A DNA stretch of 58,334 nt, from NCBI GenBank assembly GCA_024639925.1, contig JAHEGA010000001.1:1-58334 (forward strand), read 5' to 3'. The position numbers and the translations under genes were made by a program. The notes below the pieces were generated by a model that searched no databases, was not told the DNA's origin, and was given only the letters and a program-made list of their open reading frames with translations. Below, piece by piece: positions 30,032 to 38,924 of this stretch (the first letter of the stretch is position 1; every line of letters starts with the position of its first letter). This stretch comes from Microbacteriaceae bacterium (GTDB lineage: Bacteria; Actinomycetota; Actinomycetes; Actinomycetales; Microbacteriaceae).

Positions 30032-30711
30032 GCGCCACTCCGGTGCCGGGCGAAGGCCTCCTCAAGGTCCTGGAGGCGGATTCCTTCCAGCGACTCCCAC
30101 TGCTCGTGGGTGGACCCCTGAGGAATCTCAACGTGCAGAGGGATTCCGATGGTGACCGAGCCTGCGGAAAACGCACTGGCCGCGCCGTAACTAGAGTCCT
30201 CAAAAGACAGTGTGTCCTGGATGCTCACGCCAATGGCGGCAGCACCGGACAAATAGGCTTCGGGGTCGGGTTTCGGTCGGGACACATCGTCCGCCGAAAT
30301 GATTGCTCCAAACACTTTCTGCCCCAGTTCCTGATCAAGTGCCGTAGACAGAGCGCGGGCATTCAATCCAATGGACATGGTGACAAGAGCGATTGGCAAA
30401 CCAGCTTCGAGCATTTCCGCCATCAGTTCGCGAACGCCTGGTCGCCAGGGAACGGATTCGACAATTTGCTCGCGGACACGGGCAGAGAGGTGATCGATAA
30501 TCACCTCGTGTTCGAGATCTACTCCCGCTGAGCGGAGCAGGCTGGCTGAGTTCCAGAGTCCTGAGCCCACCAGGGCGTAGGCCTGCTCTTCCCCCCACGT
30601 TCCGCCGTAGCTTTCGACCAGTTCGCGCTCCGCGCGCATCCAATACGGCTCGGAGTCGATGATGGTGCCATCCATGTCAAAAAGAACGCCGCGAAGCTGA
30701 TGGGAGGTCAC
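30028..30711 (-). CDS. HAD family phosphatase
   Basis: 'FDMDGTIIDSE', 'KPDPEAY', 'FEDS'. Confidence 0.9.
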   Translation of the reverse strand: MTSHQLRGVLFDMDGTIIDSEPYWMRAERELVESYGGTWGEEQAYALVGSGLWNSASLLRSAGVDLEHEVIIDHLSARVREQIVESVPWRPGVRELMAEMLEAGLPIALVTMSIGLNARALSTALDQELGQKVFGAIISADDVSRPKPDPEAYLSGAAAIGVSIQDTLSFEDSSYGAASAFSAGSVTIGIPLHVEIPQGSTHEQWESLEGIRLQDLEEAFARHRSGA

Positions 30712-30773
30712 AGGCGCCGAGTCTACTAGCGGGTCGGGAAGAGTAGAGTATGGCGAAAGAGACCGGAGGCTGC

Positions 30774-31628
30774 ATGACTCGTGTCCCCCTCAGCGACCCC
30801 AGCGCACTGCTGATTGTCGCGTTTGAAGGCTGGAACGACGCGGGAGACTCAGCAACCACGGCCGCTCAAATGGTGGTGGATCAGAACGGGCACCAACCGG
30901 TGCTGGACATTGATCCCGAAGAGTTCTTCGATTTTCACATTGCTCGCCCCGAGGTAGAGCACGACTCCGATGGTTCCCGTTACCTGGTGTGGCCGACGGT
31001 CACGCTTTACGTGCCCAGCAAAGGCGATGATGAATCTCCCCTGGTCCTCCTCGGCCATGAGCCCTCTCGCTTGTGGAAGTCCTTTGCCTCCCAAATGGTG
31101 GATCACGCTCTGAGCCGAGGCGTCGAAGCGATTGTCTTCCTTGGCGCGATGCTGGCGGATGTTCCGCACTCTCGACCTGTGAAGGTCACGGCTACCAGTG
31201 ATGACCCGGCGATCAGAGAACAGTTCGACATCGAAAAGTCCAGCTACGAGGGTCCTGTTGGCGTACTGACGGTTCTCTCCCTCGCTGCTCAGGAGGCGGG
31301 AATTCCCGCGCTACACCTGTGGGCTCATGTGCCGCACTACGTGCACACCTCACCCTCGCCCAAAGTCACTTTGGCGCTACTCGAGGAGCTGGAACACCGT
31401 GTCGGGATCGTCACCGAGCGCGAAGACCTGGAAGTGGAAGCGCAACGGTGGGAGGAAGGCATTGATGCCCTGGCCTCGGATGATGACGACATGAGTGCCT
31501 ACATTGAGAGCTTGGAAAAAACGCGCGACGCGGCCGATGCGCCAGAAGCCAAAGGCGAAGCAATCGCGGAAGAGTTTGAAAAATACCTGCAGAGCAGGCC
31601 TGATCGACCAGGCTCCGGCGACAACTAG
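30774..31628 (+). CDS. PAC2 family (proteasome assembly chaperone-like) protein
   Basis: 'VAFEGWNDAG', 'LGAMLADVPHSRP', 'YEGPVG', 'VPHYV'; GGAGG before ATG 30774. Confidence 0.9.
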   Translation: MTRVPLSDPSALLIVAFEGWNDAGDSATTAAQMVVDQNGHQPVLDIDPEEFFDFHIARPEVEHDSDGSRYLVWPTVTLYVPSKGDDESPLVLLGHEPSRLWKSFASQMVDHALSRGVEAIVFLGAMLADVPHSRPVKVTATSDDPAIREQFDIEKSSYEGPVGVLTVLSLAAQEAGIPALHLWAHVPHYVHTSPSPKVTLALLEELEHRVGIVTEREDLEVEAQRWEEGIDALASDDDDMSAYIESLEKTRDAADAPEAKGEAIAEEFEKYLQSRPDRPGSGDN

Positions 31629-32483
31629 CTACAGCGGCGACAACACACCGGTGCTTAGCAGCACGAGTAGGAGCGATCCCAGCGCGACTCGGTACACCAC
31701 AAAAGGCAAGAAGCTTCGGGTACTGATGTACCGCATCAGCCAGGCAATTACGGCAAGGCCCACACCAAACGCAATGAGGGTCGCTGTTGCCGTCTCGACA
31801 AGGTCGAAGGGGCCCGCCTGGGCGCCTTCGCCGAGTGCCGTTGTTAGTTCGTAGAGGCCACTGCCCATGACTGCTGGAATGGCAAGCAAAAACGAGTAGC
31901 GGGCTGCTGAGACCCGGTCATAGCCCAGTGTTCTACCCATGGCGATGGTGGCCCCCGACCGAGAAACCCCGGGAATCAGTGCCAGAGCTTGGGCAAAACC
32001 GTAAGCCAGGCCGTGGGGCAAGTTCAGCGATTGCAGGTCTCGATGCTTCCTCCCCCACAGATCCGCTGCGCCAAGAATCACGCCGAACACAATCAACACT
32101 GCGGCGACCAGCCAGAGCGAGCGAAACGTGCTGCGGATATATTCCTGCGCGGTGTAGCCAATCAGCACAATCGGTAGGGTTCCCACGATGATCAGCCAGC
32201 CCATACTGGCGTCGCTGCGCGCACTCGCAGCTGCGCTACTCCACCACGAGGATCCCGCTAGCGAGCGAAACCAGGCACTAAGGATGCGGCCGATATCTTT
32301 CGCAAAATAGACCAACACCGCTATCTCTGTGCCGATCTGCGTGATGGCGGTGAACGTGGCGCCGGGGTCTGTGGCGCTGGGGAGAAACTCTCCGACAATC
32401 CGCACGTGGGCACTCGAGGAAATCGGCAAAAATTCGGTCAGACCCTGGACGATTCCTAACAGCATCGCCTCAAGAAGACCCAT
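31629..32483 (-). CDS. uppP: Undecaprenyl-diphosphate phosphatase
   Basis: 'QGLTEFLPISSSAH', 'PGVSRSGAT', 'RYSFLLAIP'. Confidence 0.96.
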   Translation of the reverse strand: MGLLEAMLLGIVQGLTEFLPISSSAHVRIVGEFLPSATDPGATFTAITQIGTEIAVLVYFAKDIGRILSAWFRSLAGSSWWSSAAASARSDASMGWLIIVGTLPIVLIGYTAQEYIRSTFRSLWLVAAVLIVFGVILGAADLWGRKHRDLQSLNLPHGLAYGFAQALALIPGVSRSGATIAMGRTLGYDRVSAARYSFLLAIPAVMGSGLYELTTALGEGAQAGPFDLVETATATLIAFGVGLAVIAWLMRYISTRSFLPFVVYRVALGSLLLVLLSTGVLSPL

Positions 32484-32575
32484 ACCTCCACGCTAGTGGC
32501 ACCAACCCGGTGGTAGGCGGACTTTAGTGGTAATGTCATCACTTGGCTCGCTCACGAAAATTCAGGGCGAACTGC

Positions 32576-32661
32576 GCGCGGATGGCGGAATTGGTAGACG
32601 CGCTAGCTTGAGGTGCTAGTGCCCGTATTAGGGCGTGGGGGTTCAAGTCCCCCTTCGCGCA
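32576..32661 (+). tRNA. tRNA-Leu(GAG)
   Basis: Acceptor GCGCGGA/TTCGCGC, D-arm GGCGGAATTGGTAGACGC, anticodon stem CTAGC-TTGAGGT-GCTAG, long variable arm, T-loop GTTCAAGTC; CCA not encoded. Confidence 0.96.
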
Positions 32662-32689
32662 CAGAAAGTAACACCACGGCACAAGCCGC

Positions 32690-32725
32690 AAAAACCCCCG
32701 GGAATGTGATTTCTGGGGGTTTTTT
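32690..32725 (+). terminator. Intrinsic terminator after tRNA-Leu (probably bidirectional)
   Basis: AAAAACCCCCGGGAA ... TTTCTGGGGGTTTTTT hairpin with U-tract. Confidence 0.85.
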
Positions 32726-32791
32726 GTTGGGCCTGTGGCCTGATGTCACTCCCCGGAATGAGGAAACATCCAAGCGCTACAGTTACCCATC

Positions 32792-33190
32792 ATGAGGACG
32801 ATGTCACTAGCGACCGTGTTGCTAGTCCCAGGGATGTTCCTCACTGGGTGTTCCCCTCAAGCGGTTGCGGAGCGAGTGTCAACGACTCAGGTGTGTGCGG
32901 AATCCGCCAGTATTTTGGGCGACATGCGGGAAATTGTGGTTCTGGCGGCCACAAATCCTGCGGGGTTGGCGACCTATGCCGAGAAGCTCGGTCAGTTGCT
33001 GGATGATTTTGATGCGCTGGATCCCCTAGAGCCGGAGCTCAAAGCTGCGCACACCAAAGTTTCCCTCTCGATCAATGGACTATTGACCACTGTTGCTGAC
33101 CCGAGCGCATCGGCGCTTGCCGAGGTGCCCACGCAGATTGCCGATGCTCAAATTGGACTTGTGGAGTTTGTTGACGCCTGCTCGTTGTAG
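32792..33190 (+). CDS. Hypothetical lipoprotein
   Basis: Signal peptide with lipobox LTGC; helical-looking mature region with two further Cys. Confidence 0.65.
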   Translation: MRTMSLATVLLVPGMFLTGCSPQAVAERVSTTQVCAESASILGDMREIVVLAATNPAGLATYAEKLGQLLDDFDALDPLEPELKAAHTKVSLSINGLLTTVADPSASALAEVPTQIADAQIGLVEFVDACSL

Positions 33191-33263
33191 CGCTTAATCC
33201 GAGTGGGCTGCACGTGCGCAACGTTCGCTTCAGCAAGAAAGCCCTCTGGGTTAGGATTTCACA

Positions 33264-34700
33264 ATGAGCACACGAAAACTTCAGAACTTTGTCGGTGGTT
33301 CCTACGTTGAAACTTCTGCGCAGGAATCCATCTCTCTCGTTGATCCGGCGACAGAGGACGTGTATGCGGAAGCGCCGATCTCTAGCGCTCACGATGTTGA
33401 CGTCGCGTACCGGGCTGCCTCAGCAGCTTTTGACGGGTGGAAAGATTCGACGCCTGGCGAGAGGCAGCTGGCGCTTTTCCGGATTGCGGACGAGATGGAA
33501 AAGCGCGCTGAGCAATTCGCAGACCTCGAGAGTCAAGACACCGGCAAGCCCCGGACCACACTCGTTGACGATGAAATCATGGTCAGTGTCGACCAAATTA
33601 GGTTTTTTGCGGGCGCAGCCCGAAATCTTGAAGGCCGTGGTGCTGCTGAATACATGAAAGACCACACGTCGTATGTTCGACGGGAGCCCATCGGAGTGGT
33701 GGGCCAGGTAACCCCCTGGAATTACCCGCTCAACATGGCGGTCTGGAAATTTGCGCCGGCGGTCGCAGCAGGAAACACGACCGTTCTCAAGCCGTCGGAC
33801 ACCACCCCCCAAAGCACGTTGCTCTTGGCCGAGATTTGCGCGGAGCACCTACCCGCGGGAGTAGTGAATGTGCTTACCGGTGATCGGTCAACAGGAGCGT
33901 CGATGATCGACCACGAGGTCCCCCAGCTGGTGTCGATTACCGGCTCCGTCCGCGCAGGGATGGAGGTGGCAAAAGCTGCCTCTTCGGACTTAAAACGTGT
34001 CCACCTTGAGCTTGGGGGCAAGGCTCCCGTGATTGTGTTCGATGACGCTGACATCGCCAGCGCTGTCGAGGGCATCGCAACTGCCGGATATTTCAACGCT
34101 GGTCAGGACTGTACCGCCGCCACACGTGTGCTCGTCCACAAGGATGTGCATGATCAATTCGTATCTGCCTTGAAGGATTGGACTGCACAAAACGTCGCGA
34201 CCGGCATGCCTTCCGATGCGGCAACGTTCTACGGGCCTGTAAATAGCGAAAGCCAAATGAGTCGCATTATTGAGGCAATTGAGCGAGTGCCCAGCCACGC
34301 GAGCATCGAAGCTGGAGGCGCTCGCCAGGGGACGTCTGGTTACTTTGTCTCTCCGACAATAATTACGGGCCTCCAGCAGAAAGATCCAGCGATTCAGGAG
34401 GAAATTTTCGGACCGGTCATCACGGTGCAGCGCTTTAGTACCGAATCAGAAGCGATGGCGATGGCAAACGATGTGAAATACGGCTTGGCCTCCAGCGTTT
34501 GGACGTCAGATCACGGCCGAGCTATGAGGACGTCCAAGGCGCTTGACTTTGGGGCCGTGTGGATCAATTGCCACATCCCGCTAGTCGCTGAGATGCCTCA
34601 CGGCGGCTTCAAGCACTCGGGATATGGCAAAGACCTGTCCCACTACGGCTTCGAGGACTACACGCGAGTCAAGCACGTCATGTCGTACATCGGCGGTTAG
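33264..34700 (+). CDS. Gamma-aminobutyraldehyde dehydrogenase (PatD/Prr-like aldehyde dehydrogenase)
   Basis: 'PWNYP', 'LELGGK', 'NAGQDCTAA', 'EEIFGPV', 'EMPHGGFKHSGYGKDLS'; next to a polyamine ABC transporter. Confidence 0.88.
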   Translation: MSTRKLQNFVGGSYVETSAQESISLVDPATEDVYAEAPISSAHDVDVAYRAASAAFDGWKDSTPGERQLALFRIADEMEKRAEQFADLESQDTGKPRTTLVDDEIMVSVDQIRFFAGAARNLEGRGAAEYMKDHTSYVRREPIGVVGQVTPWNYPLNMAVWKFAPAVAAGNTTVLKPSDTTPQSTLLLAEICAEHLPAGVVNVLTGDRSTGASMIDHEVPQLVSITGSVRAGMEVAKAASSDLKRVHLELGGKAPVIVFDDADIASAVEGIATAGYFNAGQDCTAATRVLVHKDVHDQFVSALKDWTAQNVATGMPSDAATFYGPVNSESQMSRIIEAIERVPSHASIEAGGARQGTSGYFVSPTIITGLQQKDPAIQEEIFGPVITVQRFSTESEAMAMANDVKYGLASSVWTSDHGRAMRTSKALDFGAVWINCHIPLVAEMPHGGFKHSGYGKDLSHYGFEDYTRVKHVMSYIGG

Positions 34701-34725
34701 TTGGTGGTGTGAACGCCGAAGAGGG

Positions 34726-35535
34726 CTAGTCCTCTTCGTCAGCGCGAGCGAGGCGCTGAGAAACGTAGACCGGAATCAGTGACAGCAAAATGACCACTGT
34801 CGCCACCACGTTGACAACGCTGGCTTGATTTGGTCGCGCCATCTCTTTGAGAATCCACAATGGAAGCGTGTCAACCCCGGGCGGTGCCGTAAAAATTGTG
34901 ACGTAAACCTCATCAAAGCTCAGAGCAAACGCCAGGATCGCGCCGGCGATGAACGACGATCGGAACTGCGGAAACGTCACCAACCGGAAGGTTTCCCACA
35001 GTCCGGCTCCGAGATCAAGCGACGCTTCCTGAAGCGAAGGATTCATCCTCTTCATTCGGGCAAACACGTTATTGAAAACCATCACAATGCAGAAAGTTGC
35101 GTGGGAAACGATCAGGCCAAAATACCCAATGTCAATCCCAATGGGACTGAGGAAGTTTGAGTACGTATTCGAGAAGGCAACACCTGTCACCACACCGGGA
35201 AGGGCGATCGGCAGGACTACCAACAAATTGACCGTGCTTTTTCCGAAAAATTCATACCGGTTAAGCGCAAAGGCCACCAGAGTTCCCAATACCGCTGCAA
35301 AAACCATGGCGGCCGAGGCGACAATGAGGGAATTAAGGAGTGCCATCCGGATCGGTTCATAAGTGGCCGCAAATTCCCACCAGTCAAGAGAAAACTCGCG
35401 GATGGGCCACTCAGACAGTTGCGCCCGGTTGAAACTATTGAGAACCACAACGAGCAACGGCAGGTACATGAAGATGACAATTCCCGCAACGATTGCAAGC
35501 ATCACGAACCGTGTTGGTTTCGAAAATCTCAGCAT
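34726..35535 (-). CDS. Polyamine-type ABC transporter permease (PotC/YdcV-like)
   Basis: EAA motif 'EASLDLGAG', 'FALSFDE'. Confidence 0.88.
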   Translation of the reverse strand: MLRFSKPTRFVMLAIVAGIVIFMYLPLLVVVLNSFNRAQLSEWPIREFSLDWWEFAATYEPIRMALLNSLIVASAAMVFAAVLGTLVAFALNRYEFFGKSTVNLLVVLPIALPGVVTGVAFSNTYSNFLSPIGIDIGYFGLIVSHATFCIVMVFNNVFARMKRMNPSLQEASLDLGAGLWETFRLVTFPQFRSSFIAGAILAFALSFDEVYVTIFTAPPGVDTLPLWILKEMARPNQASVVNVVATVVILLSLIPVYVSQRLARADEED

Positions 35536-35538
35536 GTC

Positions 35539-36459
35539 TTACATCCGCTCCAGAGATCCGGTTCGTCTGGCCACCATCAGGTACATCACCACAAAAGCAA
35601 TGGGCACCATTGAAAAAGCGGCCGCAACGGGAGGGTTGAGATTGATGTTGGCAGCGATGACGCTTCCAATCATCTGGGTTGCGCCGCCGGTGAACCTTGC
35701 TGCCAGGTAGTCACCAAGGCTTAAGGAAAAGGTAAACACCGAACCTGCGATGATTGCCGGCAGTATGAGGGGCAAGACGACACGGACAACCGTCGGGAAA
35801 CCTCGCGCTCCAAGGTCTGCGGAAGCATCGAAAAGGTTGAGAGGTAGTTGCCGAATTGCTGTGAACACGGGCAAAGCCATGTAGGGGAACCAGAGATAGG
35901 TGAGCGTAATGATGGCGACCCAGATGTTGAAGCCCGGACTCGAGACCCCGAGGGGCCCTAAAGACCAATTAATGAAGCCATTTTCTGTAAACACCAACCG
36001 CATGGCCAGGATCTTGACGAGGTAGCCTGCCCAGAGAGGCAAGGTTATTGCGACCACAAGAAGGTTGCGAACGCGTGCAGACGCGAGCTTTGCCATGTAT
36101 ATGCCCAATGGAACGGCAAAGATCACCGAGAGTGCCGTCACTGCCAATGCCATTCCGAGTGTCCTCAGAGATGTGGATAAATACGCGGGAACCGTCACCA
36201 AACTCACAAAATTATCAAGAGTAAAGCCGGGGCTAACGCGTGAGGTGAATGGGTTGACTACCCAGAAAGCCGTAATTAGCAGCAGAAACAGAGAAACGAT
36301 ATACACGCCAACGAGCCATGTCATCGGGAGAGCGAGGAGCGCGCTGAGACGAAACCTTTCACGGTGATACAAAAAAGTGGAGATACGTTTTGGCTGCTGA
36401 ACCACAGGTGCACTCTTCTGCGGCTTGCCCATCAAACTTTGCGCAGTGCTCTCGGTCAT
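35539..36459 (-). CDS. Polyamine-type ABC transporter permease (PotB/YdcU-like)
   Basis: 'DASADLGAR', 'FSLSLGDY', 'PLWAGYLVK'. Confidence 0.88.
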   Translation of the reverse strand: MTESTAQSLMGKPQKSAPVVQQPKRISTFLYHRERFRLSALLALPMTWLVGVYIVSLFLLLITAFWVVNPFTSRVSPGFTLDNFVSLVTVPAYLSTSLRTLGMALAVTALSVIFAVPLGIYMAKLASARVRNLLVVAITLPLWAGYLVKILAMRLVFTENGFINWSLGPLGVSSPGFNIWVAIITLTYLWFPYMALPVFTAIRQLPLNLFDASADLGARGFPTVVRVVLPLILPAIIAGSVFTFSLSLGDYLAARFTGGATQMIGSVIAANINLNPPVAAAFSMVPIAFVVMYLMVARRTGSLERM

Positions 36460-36480
36460 TTGTTCCTTGTCGGAAGGGAA

Positions 36481-36504
36481 TGGCGGGGCCTTGCGGCCCC
36501 GCCA
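36481..36504 (-). promoter_or_regulatory. Intercistronic hairpin after the substrate-binding protein gene
   Basis: Perfect 10-bp stem TGGCGGGGCC/GGCCCCGCCA with a GCAA (GNRA) loop on the minus strand. Confidence 0.6.
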
Positions 36505-36514
36505 CCGTAGTGAT

Positions 36515-37675
36515 TTAGCCCTTAACGGTCAACCATGCGTTAGTCCAGTCTTGAAAACTGGTGCAGCTGACGTCGGTGCGTCCGTCGAGGCACTGCTCGA
36601 TAGGAGTAGTCCATGCCCAAATGCGGTCAAAGAACTCTTCGTCCTCTGCAGCGTATTCGTCACAGTGGGCCTGTGCTTCCTCACTGGAGGCGCAGAACGC
36701 GGTGTTTGCCGGCGCCATGCCGAAGTTCATGGCGATGGCACCATTCACCGAGGGCTGACTTGTGTAGTCCATCCATGCGTACGCACAGTTCACGTTGGGC
36801 GTAGAGGAGCTCACCAACCAGGCGTCGTACCAGCCAGTCGAACCCTCTACAGGGAGGGTGGTCTTGATGCTGGGGGTGTCAGCGAACTTGCGGAGCACTT
36901 CCCACGAAGTTCCCACCACAGTGTTGCCACCGACGAACGAGGTGATCTGAGCGACCGCGTCAGACCAGTATTCACCGATGATCCCGTTCTGCTGCTTGAG
37001 GAGCTCAACAGCTGCATCCAGCTGAGTCTCATCAAGCGCGTACGGGTTCTCGATACCGAGGTCTGGTTGGTGGTACATCAGGTAGACCGCAGCGTCAGCG
37101 ATGTAGATGGGAGCATCGTACGCGGTGATTTTGCCGGCATACGGGCTGTCAGATTCCCACACAACGTCCCAGCTTTCGGGAGCTCCACCAGTGACATCTT
37201 CGTTGTACTGAAGAAGGTTGGCTCCTCGACCAATCGGGACACCGTAGGGCATCCCGTTAACCGTGTCATAGAGCTGACCCTTCATGCCTTCGGCGATGTC
37301 ATCACCGAAGTTAGGAATGAGCTCGACATTTAGGGGCTGAACGTCTCCGCCGACAATCAACCGAAGGGCGGCGTCGCCCGAGGCAGAAACGATGTCATAT
37401 TCACCGGAACGCATTAACGTCACCATTTCATCCGACGTGCCTGCTGCACGCGAGTTAACGACACAACCTGTGTCGGTGGTGAATTGATCCGTCCATGCTG
37501 GCTCGACAAAACCAGCCCAGTTCACGATGTTGAGTTCACCTTCGAAATCACCAACATTTTCGATCATCGGAACGTCGGGGACGTCAAGGGTTAATTCACT
37601 GGTGCCGGAACAGGCACTCAGAATCAATGTCGAGACCGCAAGGAGCGATACGACACCTACTTTTTTGGTTTTCAT
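36515..37675 (-). CDS. Polyamine-type ABC transporter substrate-binding lipoprotein (PotD/YdcS-like)
   Basis: Lipobox LSAC, 'LNIVNWAGF', 'YDIVSASGD', 'EGSTGWYDAW'. Confidence 0.88.
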   Translation of the reverse strand: MKTKKVGVVSLLAVSTLILSACSGTSELTLDVPDVPMIENVGDFEGELNIVNWAGFVEPAWTDQFTTDTGCVVNSRAAGTSDEMVTLMRSGEYDIVSASGDAALRLIVGGDVQPLNVELIPNFGDDIAEGMKGQLYDTVNGMPYGVPIGRGANLLQYNEDVTGGAPESWDVVWESDSPYAGKITAYDAPIYIADAAVYLMYHQPDLGIENPYALDETQLDAAVELLKQQNGIIGEYWSDAVAQITSFVGGNTVVGTSWEVLRKFADTPSIKTTLPVEGSTGWYDAWLVSSSTPNVNCAYAWMDYTSQPSVNGAIAMNFGMAPANTAFCASSEEAQAHCDEYAAEDEEFFDRIWAWTTPIEQCLDGRTDVSCTSFQDWTNAWLTVKG

Positions 37676-38763
37676 GGATTGCTTCCTTCTGGCGTGAGCC
37701 TCTGGTTATTGGGAATTGCTGCCACATGGCTTTTTTGCCACATAGCAACAACTTTGTCGCCCGGCGCGAAGTCGACATAGTCGGCGGGCAATTCTTGATT
37801 GAGTCGCAATGCTGTGAGTCGCACTCCACCCTCTGACTCGACGATGTACATGGTGCTGGATCCGATGTAAGAAACGTCTTTTACTATCGCCGGGATGCTC
37901 TCATGTGATGTGTCATGATGCGTCCCTGCCCCAGATAGCGTGACGCGCTCGGGTCGAATATTCACGAGGTCGCTGACACCAAATAGCGCTTGGGCTTTGT
38001 CACCCTCCAGCAGGTTGGAGCTCCCTAAGAAGCCTGCGACAAAAGCGGTCTCTGGGCTCTCATACACTTCTTGCGGTGTACCTAGCTGTTCAATTTTTCC
38101 CATGTTGAAAACAGCTATTCGGTCACTCATGCGCATTGCTTCATCTTGGTCGTGTGTGACAAAAATGAACGTGATACCTGATTCACGTTGGATTCTTTTC
38201 AGCTCTGACTGCATTTCTTCTCGGAGCTGCTTGTCAAGTGCTCCAAGGGGTTCATCGAGTAACAGAACCTTTGGCCTCATGACGAGAGCCCGGGCGAGAG
38301 CAATCCGTTGACGCTGACCCCCAGAAAGTTGGTGGGGTTTACGTGTGGCCAGATGGGAAAGTTTGACCGATTCGATTGATTCGGAAGCTAATTGTGACCG
38401 CTCAGGTTTGGAAACTTTTTTTGCTCGCAGGCCATATTCGACGTTGTCCTGAATAGACATGTGCGGGAAAAGCGCATAATCCTGAAAAACGGTGTTGACC
38501 GTTCGGTCAAAAGGCGCAAAATTTGTGACATCTTCGCCATCAATGGTGATGGATCCGGCAGTTGCGGTTTCGAAGCCAGCAATAAGTCTCAGAACGGTGG
38601 TTTTTCCTGAGCCTGACGGCCCGAGCATGGAAAAAAACTCCCCCTGGGCGACATCCAAATTGAGGTTAGCGACTGCATTTATGTCCCCGAAAGACTTGTC
38701 TAGGTTTTTGAGTGAGACAAATCCCGGCTCGTGCTCAGATGAAGGTTTTTCTTTGTTCGCCAC
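37672..38763 (-). CDS. Polyamine-type ABC transporter ATP-binding protein (PotA-like)
   Basis: 'GPSGSGKT', 'NTVFQDYALFPHM', 'LSGGQ', 'LLDEPLGALD', TOBE tail; start placed at GTG 38763. Confidence 0.9.
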   Translation of the reverse strand: MANKEKPSSEHEPGFVSLKNLDKSFGDINAVANLNLDVAQGEFFSMLGPSGSGKTTVLRLIAGFETATAGSITIDGEDVTNFAPFDRTVNTVFQDYALFPHMSIQDNVEYGLRAKKVSKPERSQLASESIESVKLSHLATRKPHQLSGGQRQRIALARALVMRPKVLLLDEPLGALDKQLREEMQSELKRIQRESGITFIFVTHDQDEAMRMSDRIAVFNMGKIEQLGTPQEVYESPETAFVAGFLGSSNLLEGDKAQALFGVSDLVNIRPERVTLSGAGTHHDTSHESIPAIVKDVSYIGSSTMYIVESEGGVRLTALRLNQELPADYVDFAPGDKVVAMWQKSHVAAIPNNQRLTPEGSNP

Positions 38764-38877
38764 AGAACACTTTCCTGATTTTTCAATCCAATGAACGTAG
38801 CTAATAGTAGCCCCAAGTTTGTGGGTGGTTTGTTGGTTGGCCCTACTCAACCTCGGCGTGCGCCTCATTTTGTCCAC

Positions 38878-38899
38878 TGTCAGTGGATATTGACAGAAT
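38878..38899 (+). promoter_or_regulatory. PafBC/RecA-NDp-like promoter upstream of imuA'
   Basis: TGTCAGTG-N8-CAGAAT versus consensus TGTCRGTG-N8-TANNNT (first -10 base mismatched). Confidence 0.5.
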
Positions 38900-38914
38900 C
38901 GAACAGATGTTCGA
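38899..38914. promoter_or_regulatory. LexA SOS box
   Basis: Perfect actinobacterial TCGAAC-AGAT-GTTCGA inside a TTGACA-N17-GAATAT promoter. Confidence 0.92.
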
Positions 38915-38924
38915 ATATAGTCTC

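Noticed and set aside
32576-38900. Integrative element or prophage at tRNA-Leu
   Set aside because: No integrase, no duplicated tRNA 3' end and no phage or conjugation genes seen.
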